In this document: piece after piece, positions 31,966-40,101 of the stretch
Layout: the number at the start of each line of letters is the position of its first letter
How positions within the stretch are numbered: the stretch's first letter is position 1
Assembly: GCA_965371955.1 (NCBI GenBank)
Contig: CBDVAL010000002.1
Span: 1-44,984 of the forward strand
Direction of reading: 5' to 3'
DNA: 44,984 bases
DNA from: an uncultured bacterium
GTDB taxonomy: Bacteria; Acidobacteriota; Polarisedimenticolia; CBDVAL01
Notes under the pieces: model-generated
The model's input: the letters and a program-made list of their open reading frames with translations, nothing else
Database searches by the model: none
Told to the model about the DNA's origin: nothing
Made by a program: the position numbers and the translations under genes

Positions 31966-33647
31966 GGCGAACCCTTCACCTTCTCCTCTACCTTCCCGTT
32001 TCCCTTCAAGACCAGGTGGCGCTTGCCGGCTGCCAGCGGACCGAAGTGCTCGATGCCGCCCTGCGGCCAGTGCACCACGACCATGGTCTTGTCGGCACCC
32101 GCCAGGCCTACATGCAACGTGAGCGCGCTCTGCGAGAGAAAAGAGGACGCGCTGCGCACCTCGCGCGTCTGCACCCTCTGCGGGCTGTGCCCTGAATGAA
32201 TGGTCACGCGGGCTCCGAGGGCAAAGGGGTTGCCGCCCGGCTGGCGCAGGTCGATCTGGATCCACGTCCCTTCGGCGCCCCGGGCGATCAACAACCGGAC
32301 CGGTCCCCTGGAGGCGGTCACTGCCGCGTCCAGATCGCCGTCGCCGTCCACGTCCGCCAGCGCCAGGCCGCGTCCCACCAGGAGCTCGGAGAACACGGCA
32401 CCGTGCTCCGTGCCGGTGTCCCGGAACCGCGCGCCACCGTCGTTCTCCAGGAGCTGCATGTTCTGCGCAAAGGTCACGTTGTCCTGATGCAGCTCGGGAT
32501 CATCGAGCACATGGCCGTTGGCCACCAGCAGATCCAGATCTCCGTCCAGGTCATAGTCCAGTGCCACGACACCGAACCCCACCCGGCGAATGCTGGCCTC
32601 CCCCAGCCTGGACGGCAGGCTGCGATCCACGAACTGGCTGTTGCCCTGGTTGGCATACAGCGTGTTGGTCTCCATGGCCATGTGGGTGACGAACAGATCG
32701 GTGAGACCGTCGCCGTCGAAGTCCTCCGCCTGGACGCCCATGCCGGCCTCGGGCATGCCGTCCTCGTTCACGGCGCAGCCGCTGAGCAGCCCGATCTCCT
32801 CGAACTTCCCCGCCCGATTCAGGAACAGGAAGTTGGGCGACCCGTCGTTGGCCACGTACAGATCCTGCCAGCCATCCTGGTTCAGGTCGAACCAGATGAC
32901 TCCCAGGCCATGGCCGGGCGCCAGGGGCACCAGCGTGTCCGCGTCCTCCTGGAAGGTCCCGTCGCCGCGATTGCGGTAGAACGAGTCGGGCACCGGCGCG
33001 TAGGCGCTCGGATTGCAGTACGAGACCCGGCCTTGCACCGGAGCTCCACAGCGCCGGTTGTTTTCTATCGTGTGGTCCACATAGTGTGCGACGTAGAGAT
33101 CGAGATCGCCGTCGCCATCGGCATCGGCGAACGCCGCAGAGCTGGACCAGCGCGGATCACCCACACCGGCGGCCCGTGTGATATCGCTGAACGTGCCGTC
33201 ACCGTCGTTGCGGTAGAGGACATCGGGACCGAAATTGGTGACCAGGAGATCCAGGTCACCATCGCCGTCGATGTCCCCGGCGGTGCAGCCCATTCCCCAG
33301 GAGCGGTCGCCCACGCCCGCCTCCGCGGTGACGTCGACAAAACGTACCCGGCCACCGGCGCTGTCGTTGCGGTAGAGAGCGTTGCGCAGCTTGCCGCCCC
33401 CCTCGAACCCCGGCAGCGCGGCGCCTTGCACCAGGTAGAGGTCCGGATCCCCGTCGTCGTCGTAGTCCAGGAAGCACGCTCCCGAGCCGACGGTCTCCAC
33501 CATGTACTTGTGGCCGCTGCCGCCGTGCTCGTGGACGAAGTCGAGACCCGATTCCCGCGCCCGGTCCTCGAACACCACCCCTGCAAGGGCCACCGGAACG
33601 ACGGCAGCCAGAAGGGGTGCGAGGTAGAGGCAGCGGAAGGTATGCAT
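31962..33647 (-). CDS. CRTAC1-family protein (FG-GAP/VCBS repeats plus a C-terminal ASPIC/UnbV domain), exported
   Basis: The 561-aa ORF has a signal-like N-terminus 'LYLAPLLAAVVPVALAG'. FG-GAP motifs include 'FLDYDDDGDPDLYLV', 'GDIDGDGDLDLLVTN', 'ADADGDGDLDLYVAH', 'EDFDGDGLTDLFVTH' and 'ADVDGDGDLDAAV'. The ASPIC-like tail reads 'GARVTIHSG...QTREVRSASSFLSQSALTLHVGLG...VVVHWPQG'. Confidence 0.92.
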   Translation of the reverse strand: MHTFRCLYLAPLLAAVVPVALAGVVFEDRARESGLDFVHEHGGSGHKYMVETVGSGACFLDYDDDGDPDLYLVQGAALPGFEGGGKLRNALYRNDSAGGRVRFVDVTAEAGVGDRSWGMGCTAGDIDGDGDLDLLVTNFGPDVLYRNDGDGTFSDITRAAGVGDPRWSSSAAFADADGDGDLDLYVAHYVDHTIENNRRCGAPVQGRVSYCNPSAYAPVPDSFYRNRGDGTFQEDADTLVPLAPGHGLGVIWFDLNQDGWQDLYVANDGSPNFLFLNRAGKFEEIGLLSGCAVNEDGMPEAGMGVQAEDFDGDGLTDLFVTHMAMETNTLYANQGNSQFVDRSLPSRLGEASIRRVGFGVVALDYDLDGDLDLLVANGHVLDDPELHQDNVTFAQNMQLLENDGGARFRDTGTEHGAVFSELLVGRGLALADVDGDGDLDAAVTASRGPVRLLIARGAEGTWIQIDLRQPGGNPFALGARVTIHSGHSPQRVQTREVRSASSFLSQSALTLHVGLAGADKTMVVVHWPQGGIEHFGPLAAGKRHLVLKGNGKVEEKVKGSP

Positions 33648-33655
33648 TGCAGGCT

Positions 33656-33684
33656 AATCTACCCTTGCGGATCCAGAGGTGCAA
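33656..33684 (-). promoter_or_regulatory. Putative promoter of the minus-strand CRTAC1-TPR pair, with the -10 box 8 nt from the ATG
   Basis: Minus strand reads TTGCAC (33684..33679), a 17-nt spacer, TAGATT (33661..33656), 8 nt, then ATG (33647..33645). The same architecture and much of the same sequence occur at 43613..43641. Confidence 0.45.
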
Positions 33685-33751
33685 ACCCTGGGAAAGTCTG
33701 GCAGGCGATGGGCCTCGCGGGTAGGATACAGTGGCCCACGCAGGGCGTACC

Positions 33752-35437
33752 ATGAGAAAACATCGGACCATGGCCGGAGGTGTCCTGATCGCGCTGGCGA
33801 CGACCGCCGGGATCCAGGCCGAGCAGATCCTCTTCGAGGAGATCACGCAAGAGGCGGGGATGCGTTTCGTCCACCAGCACGGCGGCAGCGGACGCAAGTA
33901 CATGGTGGAGACCATGGGCTCGGGAGCCTGCTTCCTGGACTACGACGACGACGGCGATCCCGACCTCTATCTCGTGCAGGGCGCTGCGCTCCCCGGCTTC
34001 GAGGCATCTCGACCGCTGCACAACGTCCTGTACGAGAACCGGGGCCCGGGGAAAGACGGCATGGTGCACTTCTCCCCCGCCGCGAAGGCGGGAGTGGAGG
34101 ACACAGGCTGGGGCATGGGCTGTGCTGCCGCAGATGTCGACGGCGACGGCGATCTGGATCTCCTGGTCACGAACTTCGGCCCGGATGTTCTCTACCGCAA
34201 CAACGGTGACGGCACGTTCACCGACATCACCGCCGCATCCGGCCTGGGAGATGGCCGCTGGTCCGCCTCGGCCGCATTCGGCGACGCCGACGCCGACGGC
34301 GACCTCGACCTCTACGTCACCCACTACGTGGACCACACGGTGGAGAACAACCGGCCGTGCGGCGACCTGCTGGATGGCCGGCGCTCCTACTGTAACCCCA
34401 ACGCCTACTCCCCGGTGGACGATTCCTTCTATCGCAACCGCGGTGACGGCACGTTCGTCGAGGACAAGGACGCCGCCCGGCCGCGGGCGCCGGGCAACGG
34501 CCTGGGCGTCGTGTGGTCCGACCTGGATCAGGACGGGTTGCCGGACATCTATGTGGCCAACGACGGGTCGCCCAACTTCCTGTTCCTGAATCGGGGTGGG
34601 AAGTTCGAGGAGCTCGGGCTGCTCAGCGGCTGCGCCGTGAATGACGACGGCGTGTCCGAAGCCGGCATGGGTGTCCTGGCGGAGGACTTCGACGGCGACG
34701 GTCACACCGATCTGTTCGTCACCCACCTGGGCATGGAGACCAACACGCTCTACCGCAATCTCGGCAGCGGGCAGTTCGTGGACTGGAGCCTGCCCTCGGG
34801 GGTGGGCGCCATCAGTTTCCGGCTGGTGGGTTTCGGAACGGCGGCGCTGGACTACGACCTGGACGGTGACCTGGATCTGATGGTGGCCAATGGCCACATC
34901 CTCGACGACGCGCCGCGCTACTGGAGCAACGTGACCTACGCACAGCCGCTGCATCTGCTGGAGAACGACGGCCGGGGAAGGTTTCGCGAGGTGGGAGCAC
35001 AGCACGGAGCGATCTTCTCCGAGCCACTGGTGGGCAGGGGCCTGGCCCTGGCCGATGTGGACGGCGACGGCGATCTGGATGCCGTGGTGACCACCTCGAA
35101 CGGCCCCGCACGCCTGTTGCAGGCGCGCGGGGCGAAGGCCTCCTGGATCCAGTTGGACCTGCGGCAGGCGGGACCGAACCCGTTCGCCATCGGCGCACAG
35201 GTCACCCTCCGTGCCGGTGCGCTGACGCAGATCCGGGAGGTCCGCAGCGCATCGTCCTACCTGTCGCAGAACGCTGGCACGCTGCATGCGGGTCTCGGGG
35301 ACCAGCGCGAAGCACAGGTGGACGTCCGCTGGCCCGGAGGCGATAGCGAGACCTTCGGGCCGCTCGCCGCCGGGGAGCGCCACCTGGTCTTGAAGGGAGA
35401 AGGAAAGAGAAGACCGCAGGGCCGGGGGCGGCCATGA
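33752..35437 (+). CDS. CRTAC1-family protein (FG-GAP/VCBS plus ASPIC/UnbV), paralogue of 31962..33647 in divergent orientation
   Basis: ORF 33731..35437 has a GTG start in the track. I prefer ATG 33752 (MRKHRTMAGGVLIALATTAGIQA, signal-like). The protein is colinear with and highly similar to the minus-strand copy, for example 'KYMVETMGSGACFLDYDDDGDPDLYLVQGAALPGFE' versus 'KYMVETVGSGACFLDYDDDGDPDLYLVQGAALPGFE'. Confidence 0.92.
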   Translation: MRKHRTMAGGVLIALATTAGIQAEQILFEEITQEAGMRFVHQHGGSGRKYMVETMGSGACFLDYDDDGDPDLYLVQGAALPGFEASRPLHNVLYENRGPGKDGMVHFSPAAKAGVEDTGWGMGCAAADVDGDGDLDLLVTNFGPDVLYRNNGDGTFTDITAASGLGDGRWSASAAFGDADADGDLDLYVTHYVDHTVENNRPCGDLLDGRRSYCNPNAYSPVDDSFYRNRGDGTFVEDKDAARPRAPGNGLGVVWSDLDQDGLPDIYVANDGSPNFLFLNRGGKFEELGLLSGCAVNDDGVSEAGMGVLAEDFDGDGHTDLFVTHLGMETNTLYRNLGSGQFVDWSLPSGVGAISFRLVGFGTAALDYDLDGDLDLMVANGHILDDAPRYWSNVTYAQPLHLLENDGRGRFREVGAQHGAIFSEPLVGRGLALADVDGDGDLDAVVTTSNGPARLLQARGAKASWIQLDLRQAGPNPFAIGAQVTLRAGALTQIREVRSASSYLSQNAGTLHAGLGDQREAQVDVRWPGGDSETFGPLAAGERHLVLKGEGKRRPQGRGRP

Positions 35438-36999
35438 GAGGGTACGGGCCACTGGCCCTGCTGCTGGCGGCCGCCCTTGCCGCCTCGCCCTGCCCGGCGG
35501 CGCAGCTCGCCGGCGAACCGGACGTGGAACGGTTCTATGCGGAAGGCCTGCGGCTCTACGGCAGGGGCGAGCTGGACCAGGCTACGGGACTGTTGCAGGC
35601 TGCGCTGGCGCGCTTTCCCCGGGCCGGCCGGCTGCACTTCCTCCTGGGGCTGGCGTACCGTGACGGCATGCCGGCCCGGCCGCAACAGGCGGCCTCCGAA
35701 CTGATGCTCGCGCTACGGCTAGACCCCGAGCTTCCCGACGCGGCACGAATCCTGTCCGACGTCCTGGTGCGTGCCGGGCGCGGTGACGAGGCGCGCCGGA
35801 TGCTGCACGAGAGAGTCCTCACCCATCCCCAGGACACCGGTGCCCTGTGGACGCTGGGGGAGCTTCTGGTGTCCGACCAGCGCCGGGACGAGGGCATCTC
35901 TCTGCTGCAGCGCGCGGCGGAATCGTCGCCGGAGGACTTCCGCGTCTGGCTGGCGCTGGGACGGAGCCACGTCCGCGCCGGCAAGATGGAACAGGCCGTG
36001 CTCCCTCTGGAACGGGCCCGGGCGCTGGCTCCACGCTCCGCCACGGTGCGCTACAACCTCGCCCAGGCATACCGCGGAGTTGGACAGCAGGCTCTCGCCC
36101 TGAAGGAACTGGAGGCCTACCAGGAACTGGAAGAGAGGCGCGGGATCCAGGAGGATGAGATGGGGCGCCAGGATCGCCTGCACCGCGCCATCACCTTGCA
36201 CGAGGCGAGCGTGCGCGAGCAACCCGGCGGATCCATCACGCACTACGACGATCTCGCACTGCTCTACCAGGAGAGCGACACCGTGGACCGGGGCCGGGAG
36301 TTCCTTGCGCGGGTGGCCGCCGCGCACCCGGACCTGCTGGAGCCCACGGTGGGGCAAGCGCTGCTGGAGCACGCAGCGGGACGCGATGGCCGCGCGCTGG
36401 AGCTTCTCGCCAAGGCACTGTCCCGCCGGCCCCTCTACGCCCCCGCCCTCGAACTCCTCCCCGCGCTGGATCCGGCCGATGGCCGCGGCGAGCGCGCCGC
36501 GGCGCTGCTGCAGGCTGCAGATGGCCAGGAGGGCACACCGCCGCAGCTGGCGCTCTGGCGCGGCCTGCTGGCGCTGCTCACCAACCGGCTGGAGGAGGCC
36601 GAGGTACAGTTGCGTCGCGCGCTGGAGAGGACGCCCGGGGATGCCAATGTACTGTTGAACCTGGGCGCGCTCTACGGACAGACCGACAGGCTGGAGCAGG
36701 CACGCTCCACGTTCCAGGCGCTGGTGAAGGAACGGCCGGAGGATGGTGAGGCCTGGTACAACCTGGCGCTCACCGAGGTCCAGATGAACCTGCCGGGGCC
36801 GGCGGTGGAGCACCTGGAGAATGCGCGTGCCGCCGGCGAGGAGCGCCCGCCGGTATTGACCCTGCTGGCGCAGCTCCTCCTGCGCCAGGGGGACCGCGCC
36901 CGGGCGCGCCGGCTGCTGGAACAATCGCTGGCCACGGAGCCCGGGCAGGCGGCGGTGCGCCAGGCCCTGCAGGCGCTGCAGGAAGAGGCAAACCCCTGA
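35434..36999 (+). CDS. Exported TPR-repeat protein, partner of the upstream CRTAC1-family gene; paralogue of 30421..31965
   Basis: The 521-aa ORF has an ATGA overlap with 33752..35437 and a signal-like N-terminus 'LALLLAAALAASPCPAA'. It aligns end to end with the minus-strand TPR protein, for example 'VRYNLAQAYRGVG' versus 'VRYSLAQAYQGTG' and 'LLAQLLLRQGDRARARRLLEQSLA' versus 'LLAQLLARQGRTARAMDLLEQSLA'. Confidence 0.88.
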   Translation: MRGYGPLALLLAAALAASPCPAAQLAGEPDVERFYAEGLRLYGRGELDQATGLLQAALARFPRAGRLHFLLGLAYRDGMPARPQQAASELMLALRLDPELPDAARILSDVLVRAGRGDEARRMLHERVLTHPQDTGALWTLGELLVSDQRRDEGISLLQRAAESSPEDFRVWLALGRSHVRAGKMEQAVLPLERARALAPRSATVRYNLAQAYRGVGQQALALKELEAYQELEERRGIQEDEMGRQDRLHRAITLHEASVREQPGGSITHYDDLALLYQESDTVDRGREFLARVAAAHPDLLEPTVGQALLEHAAGRDGRALELLAKALSRRPLYAPALELLPALDPADGRGERAAALLQAADGQEGTPPQLALWRGLLALLTNRLEEAEVQLRRALERTPGDANVLLNLGALYGQTDRLEQARSTFQALVKERPEDGEAWYNLALTEVQMNLPGPAVEHLENARAAGEERPPVLTLLAQLLLRQGDRARARRLLEQSLATEPGQAAVRQALQALQEEANP

Positions 37000-37031
37000 G
37001 CGGCACGGGTACACCGGAACGCCTGATCGTC

Positions 37032-37697
37032 GTGGCCGGACCCTCGGCCGCCGGCAAGACCACGCTGGTCCGCCAGCTGCGCCGCGGCCTGTTGCCGCAG
37101 CTCGCCTCCCGTCTCGACATGGGCGACTTCCAGCTCTGGCACTACACCACCGGCGAGAAGGATCCTCCCCCACCGGACGCGCGCCGGATCTTCCTGGACT
37201 ACAACGCCTCGGTGTACCACCGGCAGGGTAGACCCTACGAGGAGGACGAGCGCCTCGGAGTGGTGCAGCGGGCGCAGCGGGTGTGGTTCGTCACGGTGTG
37301 GACACCGCCAGCACGGCTGGGCCGCCAGTACCTGGCGGACCACCTGCGCCGCGCCCACCCGGCTGGTCACAAGGCGATGAAACGGCTGGGCTACGCCCTG
37401 CCCCGTGGAATGCGGCAGCGGATCACCGCCGGCCTGCTCGATGCCACGCTGCGCTCGCGCCACAGGGCAAGGCTGCTGGGCTCCTACCGGGAACCCTTCG
37501 CACGCCAGTTCGCCAACCTCTATGCCGATCCTCTCGAGGTCATCCGGCTCTATCGCAACTGGCTCGCGTTCTGCAGCCTGCATCAGGAGCGAACGGCGGA
37601 GTCGCTGGTGGTGCAGTTCTATCGCCGCCTGGAGATACAAACGCCCGGGGAATGGCAAACTGCCACCCGTGCTTCCTTCCCGCAAGAGAGTTCTTGA
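37032..37697 (+). CDS. Hypothetical P-loop (Walker A 'GPSAAGKTT') protein of unknown function, possibly a diverged kinase- or sulfotransferase-like fold
   Basis: The 221-aa ORF starts at GTG 37032, which places the P-loop at residues 3-11. The frame is open upstream to inside the TPR gene ('...ERLIVV' precedes it), so the real start may be a non-canonical codon (CTG 37023 or ATC 37026). No other family signature is recognisable by eye. Confidence 0.5.
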   Translation: MAGPSAAGKTTLVRQLRRGLLPQLASRLDMGDFQLWHYTTGEKDPPPPDARRIFLDYNASVYHRQGRPYEEDERLGVVQRAQRVWFVTVWTPPARLGRQYLADHLRRAHPAGHKAMKRLGYALPRGMRQRITAGLLDATLRSRHRARLLGSYREPFARQFANLYADPLEVIRLYRNWLAFCSLHQERTAESLVVQFYRRLEIQTPGEWQTATRASFPQESS

Positions 37698-37749
37698 CAG
37701 CCGCCCCTCTGTGTGGTAAATATTTACCGGACTCCGGTAAGAATCTACC
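37694..37749 (+). promoter_or_regulatory. Promoter plus two BlaI/MecI/CopY-type operator palindromes upstream of the blaI-like gene
   Basis: TTGACA lies at 37694-37699. A perfect 14-bp palindrome GGTAAATATTTACC lies at 37715-37728 and covers the expected -10 region (AT-rich TAAATA/TATTTA). A second, imperfect copy GGTAAGAATCTACC lies at 37736-37749, 21 bp centre to centre. GAGGGG lies ~9 nt before ATG 37772. Confidence 0.6.
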
Positions 37750-37771
37750 GCCGTGCCTGAGGGGCCGATTC

Positions 37772-38176
37772 ATGAAGAAGAGGAAGAAGAGCGCCCACCC
37801 TGCCGTCGAGAAGCTCTCTCGCCGGGAGCGTCAGATCATGGACATCCTGCTGCGCCGCCGGGAGGCCACTGCCCAGCAGGTCCAGGCGGATCTGCCGGAT
37901 CCTCCCAGCTACGACTCGGTGCGGACCATCCTGCGCATCCTGACCGAGAAGGGAGTCGCAGTGCGTCGCGCCGATGGTACGCGCTACATTTACGCTCCTG
38001 CCGTGGATCTGGACACCGCCCGCCAGGTTGCATTGACCCATCTGGTGCGCACATTTTTCCAGGGGTCGGCCGGACGCGCGGCGTTGGAGCTGCTCAAGAA
38101 ATCCGATCTCAGCCTCAACGACGCCGAGCTGGCCCGTCTGGAGAAGAAGATCCAGAAGTCCGAGAAGAAGAGATGA
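37772..38176 (+). CDS. BlaI/MecI/CopY-family winged-helix transcriptional repressor
   Basis: Taken from the tail of ORF 37283..38176, starting at ATG 37772 (MKKRKKSAHPAVEKLSRRERQIMDILLRRREATAQQVQADLPDPPSYDSVRTILRILTEKGVAVRR...YIYAP). This layout is typical of Penicillinase_R repressors. ATGA overlap with the M56 gene. Confidence 0.88.
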   Translation: MKKRKKSAHPAVEKLSRRERQIMDILLRRREATAQQVQADLPDPPSYDSVRTILRILTEKGVAVRRADGTRYIYAPAVDLDTARQVALTHLVRTFFQGSAGRAALELLKKSDLSLNDAELARLEKKIQKSEKKR

Positions 38177-39279
38177 ACCTCGCGTTCCCCAATACGGATC
38201 TCCTGTCGTGCTCCGCGGCCTTCGTGCCCTGGATGGGCGGGCTGGCGGCCAAGGCCACGGTGCTGCTGGCCGCCATCCTCGCGGCGGGCGCGCTGATGAC
38301 CCGACGGCGCGCGCCGGCGCGGCACCTGATGGCCACGCTGGGTCTGATGGGCCTCACCTTGCTGCCGTTGCTCAGCCTTTCTCTCACCTGGGAGACCCAA
38401 CCGGGTGGCGCTGCACTGGCGGCGTTCAGCGCCCGGCCGGCGGTGGCCATGGCCGGAGCCTATGGCGAGCTACGGGCAGTTCTTCTGGCTGCGTGGGGCG
38501 TGGTGGCGTCGCTGCTGCTTGGTTGGCTGGCCCTGGACCTGGGATCGCTCTGGTGGCACATCCGCCGCAGCACCGTCCCGCTGGACCAGCGGCGCGTAGC
38601 CGGGCTGTCGTGCCGCGTGGGGATCCGCCGGCCGGTGCGCGTCCTGCGCAGCGACGCCCTCGACATTCCGTGCACCTGGGGTGTCCTGCGACCGGTGATC
38701 CTGCTGCCACGACGGGCCGCGACATGGACCCAGGAACAGCTGGACGCGGTGCTGCTGCACGAACTGGGTCACGTGCGCAGGATGGACGGCCTGTTCGTCA
38801 TCCTGTCGCGTATCACCTGCGCTGTCTACTGGTTTCATCCCCTGGTTTGGTGGGTGCACCGCAGGGCCCGTGAGGACGCCGAGCGCGCCTGCGACCTGCT
38901 GGTGCTGGAGCAAGGCGTGTCCCCAGCACGCTATGCGCGCCACCTCCTGGAGATCATCCGTGGCGCTCGCCGCCCGGGCGCTGCGCTGGCTCCCACCATG
39001 GCCAACCCCTCACACATGGCGCGCCGCATCGTCGAGCTCACCGAGCTGACACCGAGGGCCTCGCGCGTGGGGGTGGCGGCGGCCTCGTTCGTGCTGTTCA
39101 CCGTGATTCTCTCCACCGTCCTCCTGGCCGTGGCCTCGGTGCCGGGCACGCCCAGTCCCCGGGAGGAGGCATTGGCGTGCTCCGAGATGCGTCCCCTGCT
39201 GGAGAGTCAGCCCGATCCAAACTGGGAAGGCCCACAGTCCGTGGAGCCGGAACTGTTCACACCCGCAGACAGCTTCTGA
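38173..39279 (+). CDS. M56-family (BlaR1/MecR1 N-terminal type) membrane zinc metalloprotease / signal transducer lacking a penicillin-binding sensor domain
   Basis: Taken from ORF 37753..39279, starting at ATG 38173 (MNLAFPNTDLL...). The protein has multiple TM segments and the HExxH motif 'LLHELGHVRRMD'. Only ~50 residues follow the last hydrophobic segment. Confidence 0.85.
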   Translation: MNLAFPNTDLLSCSAAFVPWMGGLAAKATVLLAAILAAGALMTRRRAPARHLMATLGLMGLTLLPLLSLSLTWETQPGGAALAAFSARPAVAMAGAYGELRAVLLAAWGVVASLLLGWLALDLGSLWWHIRRSTVPLDQRRVAGLSCRVGIRRPVRVLRSDALDIPCTWGVLRPVILLPRRAATWTQEQLDAVLLHELGHVRRMDGLFVILSRITCAVYWFHPLVWWVHRRAREDAERACDLLVLEQGVSPARYARHLLEIIRGARRPGAALAPTMANPSHMARRIVELTELTPRASRVGVAAASFVLFTVILSTVLLAVASVPGTPSPREEALACSEMRPLLESQPDPNWEGPQSVEPELFTPADSF

Positions 39280-39308
39280 TCCGTCTCATCTAGAGGAGAA
39301 CCCACACC

Positions 39309-40085
39309 ATGTCACGTCCAGGATCCCATCGTTCGGTGCCTGCGGCTGCTGCCGTTGCGGCATTGTTGCTCCTTCTGTTCGTCGCCATCGATACGCCCAC
39401 AGCCGACAACGGGCTGGAGGCGCAGGTAATGCAACTCAACCAGCGCATTGCCGGCCTCGAGGCGGAGCTCGCCGATCTTGCCACGCATGTGCGTGCTCAG
39501 CACCCGGATCCGCGCATGGAGCAGGAGGCCGCCCAGGCGCTGCAAGAGATCAGCAACATGATCCGCGCCGGCAACAGCGAACAGGCCCGTGATGAGATGG
39601 ACGCCTTCATGGTCACGTACCGCAACACCCAGGCGGGCAAGCGGGCGGCCCAACTGCACCAAGAGCTCAGCGTGGTGGGCAAGGAGGTTCCGGGAGAGTG
39701 GAACTTCACAGGCTGGTTCCAGGGCGAGAACGACATCGATCTCGACTCCGACGGCGCCACCATCCTGGTGTTCTGGGAGACCTGGTGCCCGCACTGCCGC
39801 CGCGAGGTCCCCAAGCTGCAGGCTGTGGCCGATGAATATGCCGGCCAGGGGCTGCAGGTTCTCGGCGTCAGCCGGCTGTCGCGCGGCGGAACCGAGGAGA
39901 AGATGATGGCCTTCCTCGACGAGAACAACCTCGAGTTCCCCATGGCCAAGGACGACGGCACCATCAGCGCGCACTTCGGCGTGGCCGGGATCCCGGCGGT
40001 GGCGGTGGTCAAGTCCGGCAAGGTGGTGTGGCGCGGCCACCCGGCTGGGATCGCGCCGCAAATGTTGAAGAGCTGGGCCAACTAG
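39309..40085 (+). CDS. Membrane-anchored TlpA/ResA-like thioredoxin-fold thiol:disulfide oxidoreductase with an N-terminal coiled-coil/helical extension
   Basis: The 258-aa ORF has GAGGAG 10 nt upstream. TM anchor 'AAAAVAALLLLLFVAI'. Redox motif 'ILVFWETWCPHCRREVPKL'. Also 'GIPAVAVVKSGKVVW'. Confidence 0.88.
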   Translation: MSRPGSHRSVPAAAAVAALLLLLFVAIDTPTADNGLEAQVMQLNQRIAGLEAELADLATHVRAQHPDPRMEQEAAQALQEISNMIRAGNSEQARDEMDAFMVTYRNTQAGKRAAQLHQELSVVGKEVPGEWNFTGWFQGENDIDLDSDGATILVFWETWCPHCRREVPKLQAVADEYAGQGLQVLGVSRLSRGGTEEKMMAFLDENNLEFPMAKDDGTISAHFGVAGIPAVAVVKSGKVVWRGHPAGIAPQMLKSWAN

Positions 40086-40101
40086 CGACGTATAAACCAA
40101 T

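Noticed and set aside
32196-37173. Long ORFs antisense to the CRTAC1 and TPR paralogues (32196..33755 +, 33659..35452 -, 35719..37173 -). The same pattern occurs at 41192..42388 + and 43576..44661 -.
   Set aside because: They mirror real genes codon for codon. They have no signal peptides, motifs or plausible starts, and they overlap intergenic promoters and terminators.
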